Virus record (IMG/VR): IMGVR_UViG_2799112923_000001
Length of the DNA: 64,000 nucleotides
Reading direction: 5' to 3' (one strand)
From: a virus
Taxonomy: Duplodnaviria; Heunggongvirae; Uroviricota; Caudoviricetes
Shown here: one piece after another, positions 39,878 to 50,009 of the stretch
Position numbering within the stretch: position 1 is the first letter of the stretch
Layout of the letters: the number at the start of each line of letters is the position of its first letter
Position numbers and translations under genes: made by a program
The notes under the pieces: generated by a model
The model's input: only the letters and a program-made list of their open reading frames with translations
The model's database searches: none
Told to the model about the DNA's origin: nothing

Positions 39878-42800
39878 ATGGAAATAAAATTTACAAATAA
39901 ATGTAAAGATAAAATCATTCATGCGAAAGATGGTATCAAATTCGCATTGAAAGGCTATGCTTTCTATTCTGATGAATTACCAGATACAGTAGAAAGTGAA
40001 GAACTAGAAATTAAAGATTTAGATAGAGAATATCTTGTATTGAATGAATACAAGATTACTGACGAAGAATACGAAATTAAAGATTGTCTTTTTGATTTAA
40101 CATACATTCCATCATTAGAAGGAACTGTAGTCCAAACAAACGAAGATGAAAGTGAAGAACTCGTTTGTAAATTTGGAACATACGAAATTCCTATTAACAA
40201 AGGTTTATTCAAAACAGAACCAGACCAAATAAGATATATTCTTTTATTTGGTGAAGAATTAAGTGAAACCAATAGAACAGTTTCCGATAGAAAAAAGACC
40301 TATTTAGCTGGTCTAATTGAAGTCAATTATACAGATTTCACAAATCCAAAGAAAGTAATTTTCCAGCTTTCTCTATCAGATATTAGTGAAGTACCATCTA
40401 ATGCTCAAATTGTAATTGACGATAATTTTGATTCAATTACAGAAAACGAATCCTTGAAGAATATAAATCTTCTTGAATTTGAAGATAACTTTACATTAAC
40501 ACCAAATGAAAACAACAATGATTATAGTGATGATGTTGGTTATATCAATGGTGGTGCAGCTAACACTAAATTCTTCCCTGGCAACATTACATTATACGAT
40601 GAAACCGAAAAGATTAACAACCCTTGGAATACTTCGCCAAGAGTTTATGTTGGTTTGAAGAAACCAAACGATATATCTTTGCCACATGCTCAGTTGTTGA
40701 ATACAGATAACAATGAATTGAATTCATTGACTTTCCAGTTCAATCCTGAACGCGGTTATGTTGCTATTAACCAGGATGATGGTAATGATAACATTCAAGC
40801 AGATATTTTCCCTGAAGATGTAGATTTGGAAAACACTATCTGTTTGAAAGATAGAATTAAAAAGAGTAATTCCACATTTAATTATGCGGATGTTTCTGCT
40901 GCTAAATCTTATTTTAGATTTGATTCCAATGGTTCTTATTATGGTGATGGAGCATACCATATATTTGAAAGTGATTGCCGTGGAAACCAAATTCCTGATT
41001 TGTATTTACCAGCAAGAAACCTTACATTCTTATATTCCGATTATAACACATTCAATGGTGAAAACATAAATGCTCTCACTATGGATTCCGATTATAACAA
41101 TATCGGTCATGGTTTGAATGAATTAACTTTATTGAATACCCATAATTCTACTATCACAAACGATTCTAGAAGTTATGAAGAAGGTGAAGAACTTGGTGTT
41201 TCTAATGTTTATTTGAATAAGAATGTTATTATTGCTGCTACAGGATTAAATTCTTATATCAATGTTCCAGTTACAAGTAATAACATCACATTTATTGGTA
41301 AGAACAACAATACTACCTATGTTCCATATACAAAGAGTGAAGTTCTTGATTTTGATACTATCAAGACTATTAAAGGAACATTCAAGAGATATTATGGTGG
41401 TGAACATTCCGACTACGATTATATCAATGATACTGTAAATGTAGATTTGAAACATTCTTATGAGTTCAGTGCCCAAGATATTGAAAACCAAGCATTGATT
41501 GGTTTTGATGGATTAACAGTTAATAAAATTCCAAATAATGAGTATTTCTATTCTAATAGATATCAGATTGGTTATTCTAAGGAATTGAACCAATATGATT
41601 ACTATTACTATGGTGACGAAACCAAACAACCAAACAGAAACTTCTCTGTTGTATTTGGTTCATATAATGCTAACGATAATTTGGATGCTATTAGTGCTAT
41701 TAATGGTTTGAAAGTATCTACTGTATTTGGATTGAAAGGCAAATATAGTGATTTGGAAAATTCATCATTTTCTTCTTACTATAATAATGAGTTCACATAT
41801 AGTACTGACCCAACACTTTCAGGTGAAGTTTCTGCTATTACAGAAATCCATAAATTGTATTTCAAACATACACAAGATAGCACATATACCGATTCCGCTA
41901 TTTCAGCTCAATGGGATTCATTAACTGCTGATGAAGGTGATTATGGTTTGAATAGAATTGTTGTAGTTGGTAATGGTACACAACATACTGATATCAATGT
42001 TATCGGTCATTCACCAGCAGAATTTGCTTCTAAATCCACATTGTATAGTGATAATACTAGAAGAAGTAATTTGTTCTCTATTGAAAAGAACTCCTTACAA
42101 TTAGTTCACAATGGAGCATTTGACGAAAACCCACACTATTCTGCTACTAATGTTGTAAACATTCCTTCTATGTTTGCAGTTCGTGGTTCAGACCCAATTT
42201 CTCAAACATATACTTACCATTTCATTAGTGGTACAAATACTGAAGATAATTCTGTATTCATTAACAAAGAATTATACGAGAGTGTAAACCAATATAACTT
42301 ACACCATTCTGTTTATACACCAACTGGTATCTTTATTCCATTACACAGAAGTTCTAATGATTTGTATAAAATGAATTTCTCTAATGTTAAAGGTTTGATT
42401 AACGATAACATTATTAAGGGTAATAAAGATGTTTCTTACGATGCGTTAAGAAATATGATTAACTTTAAACAATACACATTCGTCCTTCCTACAAGTGGTC
42501 TAACATTTAGATATGCTAATGGTACATTAGCCAAGGGTAAAGGGAAGGGTAAAGGTATTAATTCTAGTAAGGGTAAGGGCAAGGGAAAAGGAACTGGTAA
42601 GGGAACTGGTATCACATACACATACGAAACATTAACCAATTTCAATATGAAGAACTTGGTTGACTGGTATGCCCAAAACCAAAATACATATATTCCAATG
42701 TCTAACCAATACGGTAGTGATACACACTTGTACACATTCTATATCATTAACAACAACCCATACAAAGGATTGAAAATGAAAGGATTTAGAATGAACAAGA

Positions 42801-42952
42801 GTGGTAATTCTATGCAAACCTTGTATAAATCAAAATACATCGCTAAGGGTCATTGTTTGCGTGTAGATTATATGGATTGCGGTGCCAAGGGTAAATATGG
42901 TGTAATGAACTTTGATTATTGGAACCAGCGTTCAAATTCATTCTATAAATAA
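39878..42952 (+). CDS. Large tail fibre-like protein
   Basis: 1024 aa; FGSYN...VVGNG...RSNLFSI motif; KG repeat near the C-terminus. Confidence 0.6.
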   Translation: MEIKFTNKCKDKIIHAKDGIKFALKGYAFYSDELPDTVESEELEIKDLDREYLVLNEYKITDEEYEIKDCLFDLTYIPSLEGTVVQTNEDESEELVCKFGTYEIPINKGLFKTEPDQIRYILLFGEELSETNRTVSDRKKTYLAGLIEVNYTDFTNPKKVIFQLSLSDISEVPSNAQIVIDDNFDSITENESLKNINLLEFEDNFTLTPNENNNDYSDDVGYINGGAANTKFFPGNITLYDETEKINNPWNTSPRVYVGLKKPNDISLPHAQLLNTDNNELNSLTFQFNPERGYVAINQDDGNDNIQADIFPEDVDLENTICLKDRIKKSNSTFNYADVSAAKSYFRFDSNGSYYGDGAYHIFESDCRGNQIPDLYLPARNLTFLYSDYNTFNGENINALTMDSDYNNIGHGLNELTLLNTHNSTITNDSRSYEEGEELGVSNVYLNKNVIIAATGLNSYINVPVTSNNITFIGKNNNTTYVPYTKSEVLDFDTIKTIKGTFKRYYGGEHSDYDYINDTVNVDLKHSYEFSAQDIENQALIGFDGLTVNKIPNNEYFYSNRYQIGYSKELNQYDYYYYGDETKQPNRNFSVVFGSYNANDNLDAISAINGLKVSTVFGLKGKYSDLENSSFSSYYNNEFTYSTDPTLSGEVSAITEIHKLYFKHTQDSTYTDSAISAQWDSLTADEGDYGLNRIVVVGNGTQHTDINVIGHSPAEFASKSTLYSDNTRRSNLFSIEKNSLQLVHNGAFDENPHYSATNVVNIPSMFAVRGSDPISQTYTYHFISGTNTEDNSVFINKELYESVNQYNLHHSVYTPTGIFIPLHRSSNDLYKMNFSNVKGLINDNIIKGNKDVSYDALRNMINFKQYTFVLPTSGLTFRYANGTLAKGKGKGKGINSSKGKGKGKGTGKGTGITYTYETLTNFNMKNLVDWYAQNQNTYIPMSNQYGSDTHLYTFYIINNNPYKGLKMKGFRMNKSGNSMQTLYKSKYIAKGHCLRVDYMDCGAKGKYGVMNFDYWNQRSNSFYK
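42533..42610 (+). repeat. Lys-Gly dipeptide repeat
   Basis: KGKGKGKGINSSKGKGKGKGTGKGTG encoded with varied codons. Confidence 0.9.
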
Positions 42953-42955
42953 TGT

Positions 42956-43876
42956 ATGCCCGAAATCTATACAAAAGATAATAATGGTAATTTCAAGAGT
43001 TTAGGAAATGTTGACCCAGGTAAATTGGTAAACACTTCCGTTCTTGGCAAGTATATAAAAGATTTTTGGACTGATAAAAAGAGTGGCAAACACCCCGAAT
43101 TGGGTAAGAAACATTATCAAATCCTTCAAACAGATTTGATTGCGAAACCTGAAGATTTGTTTGAACAACTCAAACAAAATAAGTTCGTGTTCCAGGATTT
43201 CGGTCCATTAAAGATTGTTAATTTCTTGAAAAATGCCAAACTAGATTCTTATTTGAAACCCGAATATGTTGAACATTGTTTGGAAGTTACAACCCACCAA
43301 CCAGCTATCGGAAAAGGTGAGTTCTTACTCGTTTCTTGTTTTAATAACATAAATTTCTCAGATAAGAGTGGTGACCTTGTAGATGACGAAGGTAATAAGA
43401 TAGAAGTTAAGGGCACTCATTCAGCTATTGGCGGTCCTAAACATTTTAAACAAATGAACAAATCTATTATGTTCTCCATTTATAATTTGTTTGGAACTAA
43501 TCCTGATTTCCCAGATTTGACTATGGAATGTGCTGAAGACTTACAAACCAAACTAATTGATAATCCACAACAGATTAGAAAGACTATGTTGTTATTACAG
43601 AATAACAATCAAGAAAGTAATAGTTTGGCAGAAGCCATGACCGCATTGTTCAATGAAAAACAAGATTTGTTAAACATTGTGGCTGCTGCACATTTGTATG
43701 CCTATCTTAAATTACAGAAAGCAAACTTCTTGTTTGCTATCAATGATAAGTATTTCGCAGGGTTCGCTACACCAAAAGATTTGAAACAATCCTACGAAAT
43801 AATCAAAAACCATTTCAAAGTAAACGGCTGGACCACAGGTAATAGCGGTATAACATTCACATTAAGAGCGGGGTAA
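42956..43876 (+). CDS. Putative PD-(D/E)xK nuclease-fold protein
   Basis: GKGEFLL...GDLV...IEVKG. Confidence 0.5.
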   Translation: MPEIYTKDNNGNFKSLGNVDPGKLVNTSVLGKYIKDFWTDKKSGKHPELGKKHYQILQTDLIAKPEDLFEQLKQNKFVFQDFGPLKIVNFLKNAKLDSYLKPEYVEHCLEVTTHQPAIGKGEFLLVSCFNNINFSDKSGDLVDDEGNKIEVKGTHSAIGGPKHFKQMNKSIMFSIYNLFGTNPDFPDLTMECAEDLQTKLIDNPQQIRKTMLLLQNNNQESNSLAEAMTALFNEKQDLLNIVAAAHLYAYLKLQKANFLFAINDKYFAGFATPKDLKQSYEIIKNHFKVNGWTTGNSGITFTLRAG

Positions 43877-43880
43877 TTAA

Positions 43881-45308
43881 ATGACTATTTCAAATAACAG
43901 TACCCAGCTTGGTAATGTAAAGACCTACGATAACAGCTATGAATCTTATATCATTCGTCTTAATGACCCTAAAGATGGTAAGATACTATCTTCACAAGGC
44001 ATTAAAGAAATTGCGATTACTGAAAACATTTTTAGTTTGTTGCCAACTATTCGTATTGAAGTTGAAGACCAAGGTTCATATTTCGCAGCTTATAACATTA
44101 AGAATGGGGATAAAATCTATTTCATTGTTACACCAAATGTAGCAAATGAAGGCGAAGACCCAAAACCATACATTGATAGTGTATTCGCAGTTCAAAACAT
44201 TTCTTGTGTTCCTGATGGGATTAACTACCAATATGTAATTATCGGCATTTATGATGCTCAAACATATCTCAATGAAGTAGCCACATATCCAAAGACTACT
44301 GTTGAATCCATTTTGATGTCTAATACAAAGAGAAGTGATGAGGCAATTCAAGAAGTATTAGACGATACAAGTTTGAAGTTATCCATTAAGATTTCACCAA
44401 GTGATAAAGGGTTGTGGTTAAACTGCCGTAATACCAGAGCACAATTCGTAGATAAAATAATAGAACATGCGTGGATAGATACTGACGATGCTCCAGTCAT
44501 TTACACAGATGTAAATGGTGGTTCTGTTTACACCAGTGTTAAGACTATGGCAAGTCAAAAGAAACTTTGTATGTTCACCAATGTTAAGAACTATATTGAT
44601 AATTTAAGGGGTGATGCTACTGAGAAAGAAGATATGGAATTTCCATTCACTTCAGTAGAATTTCTACATGCTGCTGGTCCAATCTTAAACCAGGGTGGTT
44701 ATAAAGTTCGTGCTAACTATTACACACCATACAACGCATTATCATTATACGATTTGGATATTACACCAAAAGATATTGATATTTACGAATTGCTAAAAGA
44801 CCTTTTAGCACAAGGTAATTTAGACCCTATGAGTATGGCAGATGCTCAATTAGCAGATAAGAAAACATTGGGTAAATTTAGAGAAGCAGTATACCAACAA
44901 GATGACCCATATATCGCAAGCCGTAGTAATAAGGCGGCTTCGCAAATGGATAGATTAACTAGAAACATTGATGCAGGAATGTATTTCAAAGAATTTCATG
45001 ACCATTACGATGTTGCTCCAGTTCATAATGAAATGATTAGACGAAGTTTCTTCCAAAATTTTATAAATATGACTGTAGATGTTCATCGTATGCCAAAAGA
45101 ATATCAAACAGCACAATGCAGACCAGCTCTTGGTGATAAAGTAAATATAGATTTTTCTAATGCTGATACAGTAGATAAAATCCATAGTGGTAACTATATC
45201 GTAGCAGGTATCACTCACCATTTCAAGGCTTTCCAATCATATACATTGGAAGTCAAATGTGTTACAGATGGTACATTTGGTAAGGGTCTATTGGAGGAAG
45301 AAAAATAA
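43881..45308 (+). CDS. Baseplate hub protein (gp27-like)
   Basis: ITENIFS...; LGDKVNI...SGNYIVAGITH; directly upstream of gp5. Confidence 0.65.
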   Translation: MTISNNSTQLGNVKTYDNSYESYIIRLNDPKDGKILSSQGIKEIAITENIFSLLPTIRIEVEDQGSYFAAYNIKNGDKIYFIVTPNVANEGEDPKPYIDSVFAVQNISCVPDGINYQYVIIGIYDAQTYLNEVATYPKTTVESILMSNTKRSDEAIQEVLDDTSLKLSIKISPSDKGLWLNCRNTRAQFVDKIIEHAWIDTDDAPVIYTDVNGGSVYTSVKTMASQKKLCMFTNVKNYIDNLRGDATEKEDMEFPFTSVEFLHAAGPILNQGGYKVRANYYTPYNALSLYDLDITPKDIDIYELLKDLLAQGNLDPMSMADAQLADKKTLGKFREAVYQQDDPYIASRSNKAASQMDRLTRNIDAGMYFKEFHDHYDVAPVHNEMIRRSFFQNFINMTVDVHRMPKEYQTAQCRPALGDKVNIDFSNADTVDKIHSGNYIVAGITHHFKAFQSYTLEVKCVTDGTFGKGLLEEEK

Positions 45309-46123
45309 TGAATGATATAGAACAATTTAGACAGTTAATGGGTGGCAATACAGAATCTATTGCTACTGACCAAATTATACCAAAGAAAGAAGTTCCTGAG
45401 AATACTCATTGGACTGGTATTGTTGTAAACAACAATGACCCAGACAAACTCGGTCGTTGCCAAATCAAGATTTATGGTTATTATGATGATTTAGCCACAA
45501 CTAACATTCCTTGGGCTATTCCTGATATTCCATCTCTTGCTTCCACAAAGGGTAATTTCGTTATCCCAGAACTAAACACAGTAGTTCGTGGTTATTTTGA
45601 TAATGGTGATGACTCAAAACCAATCTATGATAGTGTTGCTTTCAACGCTTCTTATAGTGATATGAAATACAACTTCAAAGACTGGCAGTTAAGAACTGAA
45701 GACTATCCACACACGATGGTATTGTTCCAAACAGACCAATCCGATTATCTTGTTATGAATCGTAAAACAGGTGAAATCGCTTTCACCCACCATACAGGTG
45801 CAGTCATGAGAGTTAATCCTGACGGAAGTATTGATATTGGAACAAGTGTTTATAGTGCTGGACCAGCACCATTGAATGTAAGTATTAGTGGTGATGTGAA
45901 CATTCAATGTAATGGTAATATGCAGTTGAGTGCTATGAAAGAATGTACCATAAATGCTTTACAAAGTATCAATGTTAGTGCTATGGGTAATGTTGATGTT
46001 CAATCACAAGCCGGTATGATTACTCTCGGCCCTAACCCAGCTAAAACTCCTGTATGTAATTTGACTAACTGTTGTATTTGTGGAGCACCTCACCAAATCG
46101 GTAATACTAAAGTATTCGTGTAA
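45308..46123 (+). CDS. Baseplate central spike (gp5 OB-fold, no lysozyme domain)
   Basis: WTGIVVNNNDPDKLGRCQIKI...PWA...YPH...HHTG. Confidence 0.85.
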   Translation: MNDIEQFRQLMGGNTESIATDQIIPKKEVPENTHWTGIVVNNNDPDKLGRCQIKIYGYYDDLATTNIPWAIPDIPSLASTKGNFVIPELNTVVRGYFDNGDDSKPIYDSVAFNASYSDMKYNFKDWQLRTEDYPHTMVLFQTDQSDYLVMNRKTGEIAFTHHTGAVMRVNPDGSIDIGTSVYSAGPAPLNVSISGDVNIQCNGNMQLSAMKECTINALQSINVSAMGNVDVQSQAGMITLGPNPAKTPVCNLTNCCICGAPHQIGNTKVFV

Positions 46124-46132
46124 GGAGAGAAT

Positions 46133-46891
46133 ATGGCTAATAAGATTTTAAATACACCAGGTGGGCAAGGACAATTACCAGCAGGGAAAGTAATCGTTGG
46201 TAATGGTTATACAGGTGATTTAGCAACATTTAATGGCAAATTATTTATTTTTACTGACCCTTATAATCCATTGGATTTACCTTCTAATACAGTTAGAGTT
46301 AGAACAAATGATGGAAATGCACCATTTAAAGATTTGAGCAAGGCAACACATGCTACTTATGACACAGCCATTTTAGTTCCAGGTACTACTGATGTGTACG
46401 ATGTTTACAAAAGTGGTTCAAGTTTTGAAAATTTATTTTATTGGTCTATAAACATTGTAGAAGTTTTAGGAGCAAATTCTACAGGAATCACAAACATGCA
46501 ATATATGTTTAAAAACTGTGAATACTTAACAACTATTTCTACTGTATTTGATACTTCTAGTGTAACTAATATGCTTGGTATGTTTCATAATTGCGAGACT
46601 TTACTATCAACTCCAGTGTTTGATACTTCTAATGTTACTAATATGCGTGCTATGTTTGAATTTGCTTATAAACTAACAACAGTTCCTTTATTTAATACAT
46701 CTAAAGTAATAGATATGGAACGTATGTTTCATTTTTGTGGTGATGTACAATCAGGTGCTTTAGCATTGTATCAACAAGCAAGTTCACAATCTAATCCACC
46801 AACAAACCACACTTTTACATTTGATAAGTGTGGTGAAAACACTGAGACTGGTGCAGCAGAATTAGCACAAATTCCTTATGAATGGAGATAA
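46133..46891 (+). CDS. BspA/DUF285-type repeat protein
   Basis: Repeats of FDTSxVTNMxxMFxxC. Confidence 0.8.
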   Translation: MANKILNTPGGQGQLPAGKVIVGNGYTGDLATFNGKLFIFTDPYNPLDLPSNTVRVRTNDGNAPFKDLSKATHATYDTAILVPGTTDVYDVYKSGSSFENLFYWSINIVEVLGANSTGITNMQYMFKNCEYLTTISTVFDTSSVTNMLGMFHNCETLLSTPVFDTSNVTNMRAMFEFAYKLTTVPLFNTSKVIDMERMFHFCGDVQSGALALYQQASSQSNPPTNHTFTFDKCGENTETGAAELAQIPYEWR

Positions 46892-46893
46892 CA

Positions 46894-46924
46894 GAAAACC
46901 CGGTGTTAATTCACCGGGTTTCAT
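46894..46924. terminator. Bidirectional terminator hairpin
   Basis: AAACCCGGTG-TTAATT-CACCGGGTTT between convergent genes. Confidence 0.7.
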
Positions 46925-46925
46925 T

Positions 46926-47414
46926 TTATCTAGTCAAAATATCAATAACAAATGGTGGTACAGCGTCAGGATACGCATCATTGTTAGGTATCATAATTTT
47001 TATTTTGACTTTTTGATTTAAGAATTTATCGTTAATTGTATTCTTGTTATTTAGTTTATCTAACAAGTCTTTGTATTCTTTTTCAAGTGCATCTTTAGCC
47101 TTTTGAAATTCTACCATTAGTTCTGTAATGCGTGGTTGTTCGTTTTCATAAACGATACTGCCCTGATCATCACGATCTGCGTATTTCTTTACAAGTTTCT
47201 CGTATTTATCTCTAAACTCAAAGAATTTAGGGTCATTTTCTTCGTTATACACACCCTTACTAATCTGGTTGTATGGTGTTTCCAAATACTTTATATTCTT
47301 ACAAGTAATCAAAGACCAATCATACGAAAGACCTGGTTGACGATACATTGTGAAAAAGTATTCATACAAATTTTTTATATCAAGTAATGTAACTTCTATT
47401 TCGGTTTCTTTCAT
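46926..47414 (-). CDS. Hypothetical protein
   Basis: AAGGAG RBS; 162 aa. Confidence 0.65.
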   Translation of the reverse strand: MKETEIEVTLLDIKNLYEYFFTMYRQPGLSYDWSLITCKNIKYLETPYNQISKGVYNEENDPKFFEFRDKYEKLVKKYADRDDQGSIVYENEQPRITELMVEFQKAKDALEKEYKDLLDKLNNKNTINDKFLNQKVKIKIMIPNNDAYPDAVPPFVIDILTR

Positions 47415-47415
47415 A

Positions 47416-47739
47416 TTACTCCTTGTGTTCGTATAAACTATTTAAATCAAAATCAATAGGAACATTTAATGTAACGGCAGAATACCATTTTGTATCACCG
47501 GATTTAGATACTATTGGAAAAATTGGGGTTCCATTTCTACCCATAATTCTAACAACGAAACCTTCGTGTATATTAAGTTCCTCTATTGGTAATCGTTTCA
47601 AATAACAAGGATATAATCTAGTTTTTCCATTATTATCTTTCATTGGTTCTAAAAATTCTCTTGCCGTTTCAGGTAAATGTTCATACAAATACTCAACCGA
47701 AGAATAACCATCACATTTTAAGCCATTTGGTAAAAACAT
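47416..47739 (-). CDS. Hypothetical protein
   Basis: GGAG RBS; operon context. Confidence 0.6.
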   Translation of the reverse strand: MFLPNGLKCDGYSSVEYLYEHLPETAREFLEPMKDNNGKTRLYPCYLKRLPIEELNIHEGFVVRIMGRNGTPIFPIVSKSGDTKWYSAVTLNVPIDFDLNSLYEHKE

Positions 47740-47741
47740 AA

Positions 47742-48369
47742 TTACTCCACAAACTTGTTAATACCATCCATACTATGAGGGTCATCAATAGTGTTCAAGT
47801 TATCGTAGAAATCAAGACCAGTAACCATTTTCTGTTCTCGTTCCTTAATTTCATTCAATGAGAATAAGATACTATTGGTCGCCAACTGAGTAACATAAGC
47901 GAAAGCAGAAGTAGCCAATTCATCGTTGTATCTGTTAATATAGGTCATAACAGCGATAAATGCGTCCTGAACAATATCGTTAATATCTTCGTGGTTCTTT
48001 AATGAGCCATTTGAACGAAGTCTAAATGAATTTATACGACCGTTAATAATCTTTAAGAAATACTCGCACATTTCATTTTTGAGAATATCCAATTTCTGCC
48101 TATATGCTCGTTTCTCTTCAGCGGTCATCTTTGAGTATGTTTCCTGGAGTTCATTAATTGATTTTGCTTTGTTAATAATGAACTGTTTGGCAGTGTTGTA
48201 TTTCTCTTCTGGCATCTTGCCTTTAAGATACTTGTTCTCCAATCGTTGTAGATATGAAGGACACCAATCACCGCTTGTCATCAGGGTTCATACGATTATA
48301 TTCAATGATAACTTGTCTTAATCTTGCGTTATCTACATAATACTTTTTATCTTCATCTTGTTTTGCCAT
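47742..48369 (-). CDS. Late-transcription sigma factor (T4 gp55-like), interrupted by a +1 frameshift near 48275
   Basis: MAKQDEDKKYYVDNARLRQVIIEY (gp55 YVNNKEL-like) stops at 48270-48268; the +1 frame continues with DIVQDAF...SAFAYVTQLATNS...IKERE. Confidence 0.8.
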
Positions 48370-48511
48370 AAATTAATTCCTTATTCGTAGCCTCCTTGCT
48401 ATAAGTTTCGTGGATTAAGTTTAAAAGACTATTAATTTGTTTTCATTTATGTTAAATATAGTTAAAATACTACAACTGCGATAAAATTTATTGTTTTTGA
48501 GAACTGTAGTA

Positions 48512-49393
48512 TTAAATCATTGAACGATTCATAGTGATTTTGCCATTATCCTTCTCAAGTTGTTTTCTTTCTTCTTCGGCAATCTTATTAGCAGCTTCTT
48601 GTAGGATTTCTACTTCCATCCAAGGCATGTTATCTTGTATCTGATAATTCATTGTCTTGGCTAATCGTAATGTTAAATCAAGAATTTCAAACAAGTTTAC
48701 AGAACCTAATAGACCTAAATCACTATATTCAATGTTATATGTGTGGGGATGACCGCACATTGGGCAATATATGGTTATATCATGGCTAAATCCAATAGCC
48801 ATCTTGTTTATTGTGGTTTGGAGAATGTTAAAATCCAAAGCACTCAAATTCTTTACGAATTGTTCTAGTATAACTACATCAGGATTATCTATATTCAAAT
48901 GCCTTATGATATTTTCTATTTCTTTATCTTCACATTTGATTTTCAAATCACGAATAGTTGGGTATTTTAACTTCAATGTAATACCAGCATCAGGTAAATC
49001 TATTGCTTGCTCGTCTTCAGTGATATATTTTTCTTCAAAGTCTGTTAGTTTAATGTTAGTGTTATATGAATTGTGGCATCTTTCACATTCTTTAATGGTA
49101 ATATCATAACCATTGTTCTTTGTAAATGAGTTAATACGAACCCAAAAAGCAAAGTATTCTCTATCACCCAAGTAAATATCTTCAAATTTGATTTTATCTA
49201 ACAACAAACATTTTTCAAGGATTTCATTTACAATATCAGTAGCATTTTCTTCACTAATAGTAGATAAGTATTTGATTTCTTGAACATTCAAAGGACGGAT
49301 TTTGATTATTGTATCTTCAGGATATAACTTACCCATTGTAGGTAGTTCTTTCAAATCCATTTTCCAATAATTATTATATGTTTGTGCTATCAT
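48512..49393 (-). CDS. Baseplate hub assembly protein (gp26-like with gp51-like C-terminus)
   Basis: LPTMGKLYP, IRPL, GDREY, CERC, KYPT, CPMC; terminal DNMPWMEVEI. Confidence 0.7.
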   Translation of the reverse strand: MIAQTYNNYWKMDLKELPTMGKLYPEDTIIKIRPLNVQEIKYLSTISEENATDIVNEILEKCLLLDKIKFEDIYLGDREYFAFWVRINSFTKNNGYDITIKECERCHNSYNTNIKLTDFEEKYITEDEQAIDLPDAGITLKLKYPTIRDLKIKCEDKEIENIIRHLNIDNPDVVILEQFVKNLSALDFNILQTTINKMAIGFSHDITIYCPMCGHPHTYNIEYSDLGLLGSVNLFEILDLTLRLAKTMNYQIQDNMPWMEVEILQEAANKIAEEERKQLEKDNGKITMNRSMI

Positions 49394-50007
49394 GCTAAGG
49401 CTACCTGTTGAAATGCTATTGTAACTGTGCCAGTAAATGCTCCAGTTGGTATCATACCAGCTCCGACGAATGGCATAGTCACAGGAATAATAGATTTAAA
49501 TGCGAGATTTAAATATCTATCTAATGTATTGTGAAATAATACTGGGTTCATATTCCCAGCGGCTCCAATAGCCATAATTTCGGTCATAAATGCGGTGCCC
49601 ATTGTAGTGAATGGAGTTACAGCATCAAATGTAAAACCAGTTAATCCACCAACTATTGTTGTAGAATACGCATTAGTAAAGTTCAACATTAGTTTAGACG
49701 CAAATAGTTTGAACAAATTAGGAAATGTTTGTGAACCTTCGCCACACCACATAGCCGCTTTGACTTCTGGGTATGTTAATCTAATATGTTTGTTAGATAC
49801 TTGCCCAACAGGAGCAGTAATTGGTACTGGAACAGGTGGTGTTCCAGGAACCGTTGTAACTCCGGCAATCACGAATTGTGGAATGTTCATAGCAGTCTCA
49901 ATATCCTGCATATATTCGTTTAATGAATCCATCATAGCACGAACATACCATTCCTTATCTTCAGCACTTTGCCCTAATCGTGGGATTATGTGATTAGCAA
50001 ATAACAT
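49390..50007 (-). CDS. Hypothetical hydrophobic virion-type protein
   Basis: 205-aa ORF with PGTPPVPVP. Confidence 0.55.
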   Translation of the reverse strand: MLFANHIIPRLGQSAEDKEWYVRAMMDSLNEYMQDIETAMNIPQFVIAGVTTVPGTPPVPVPITAPVGQVSNKHIRLTYPEVKAAMWCGEGSQTFPNLFKLFASKLMLNFTNAYSTTIVGGLTGFTFDAVTPFTTMGTAFMTEIMAIGAAGNMNPVLFHNTLDRYLNLAFKSIIPVTMPFVGAGMIPTGAFTGTVTIAFQQVALA

Positions 50008-50009
50008 AT

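Noticed and set aside
48280-48290. CCC-TGA +1 shift motif as the explanation of the gp55 break
   Set aside because: CCC TGA is not in the reading frame of the upstream ORF (which reads AAC CCT GAT), so it cannot be the shift site.
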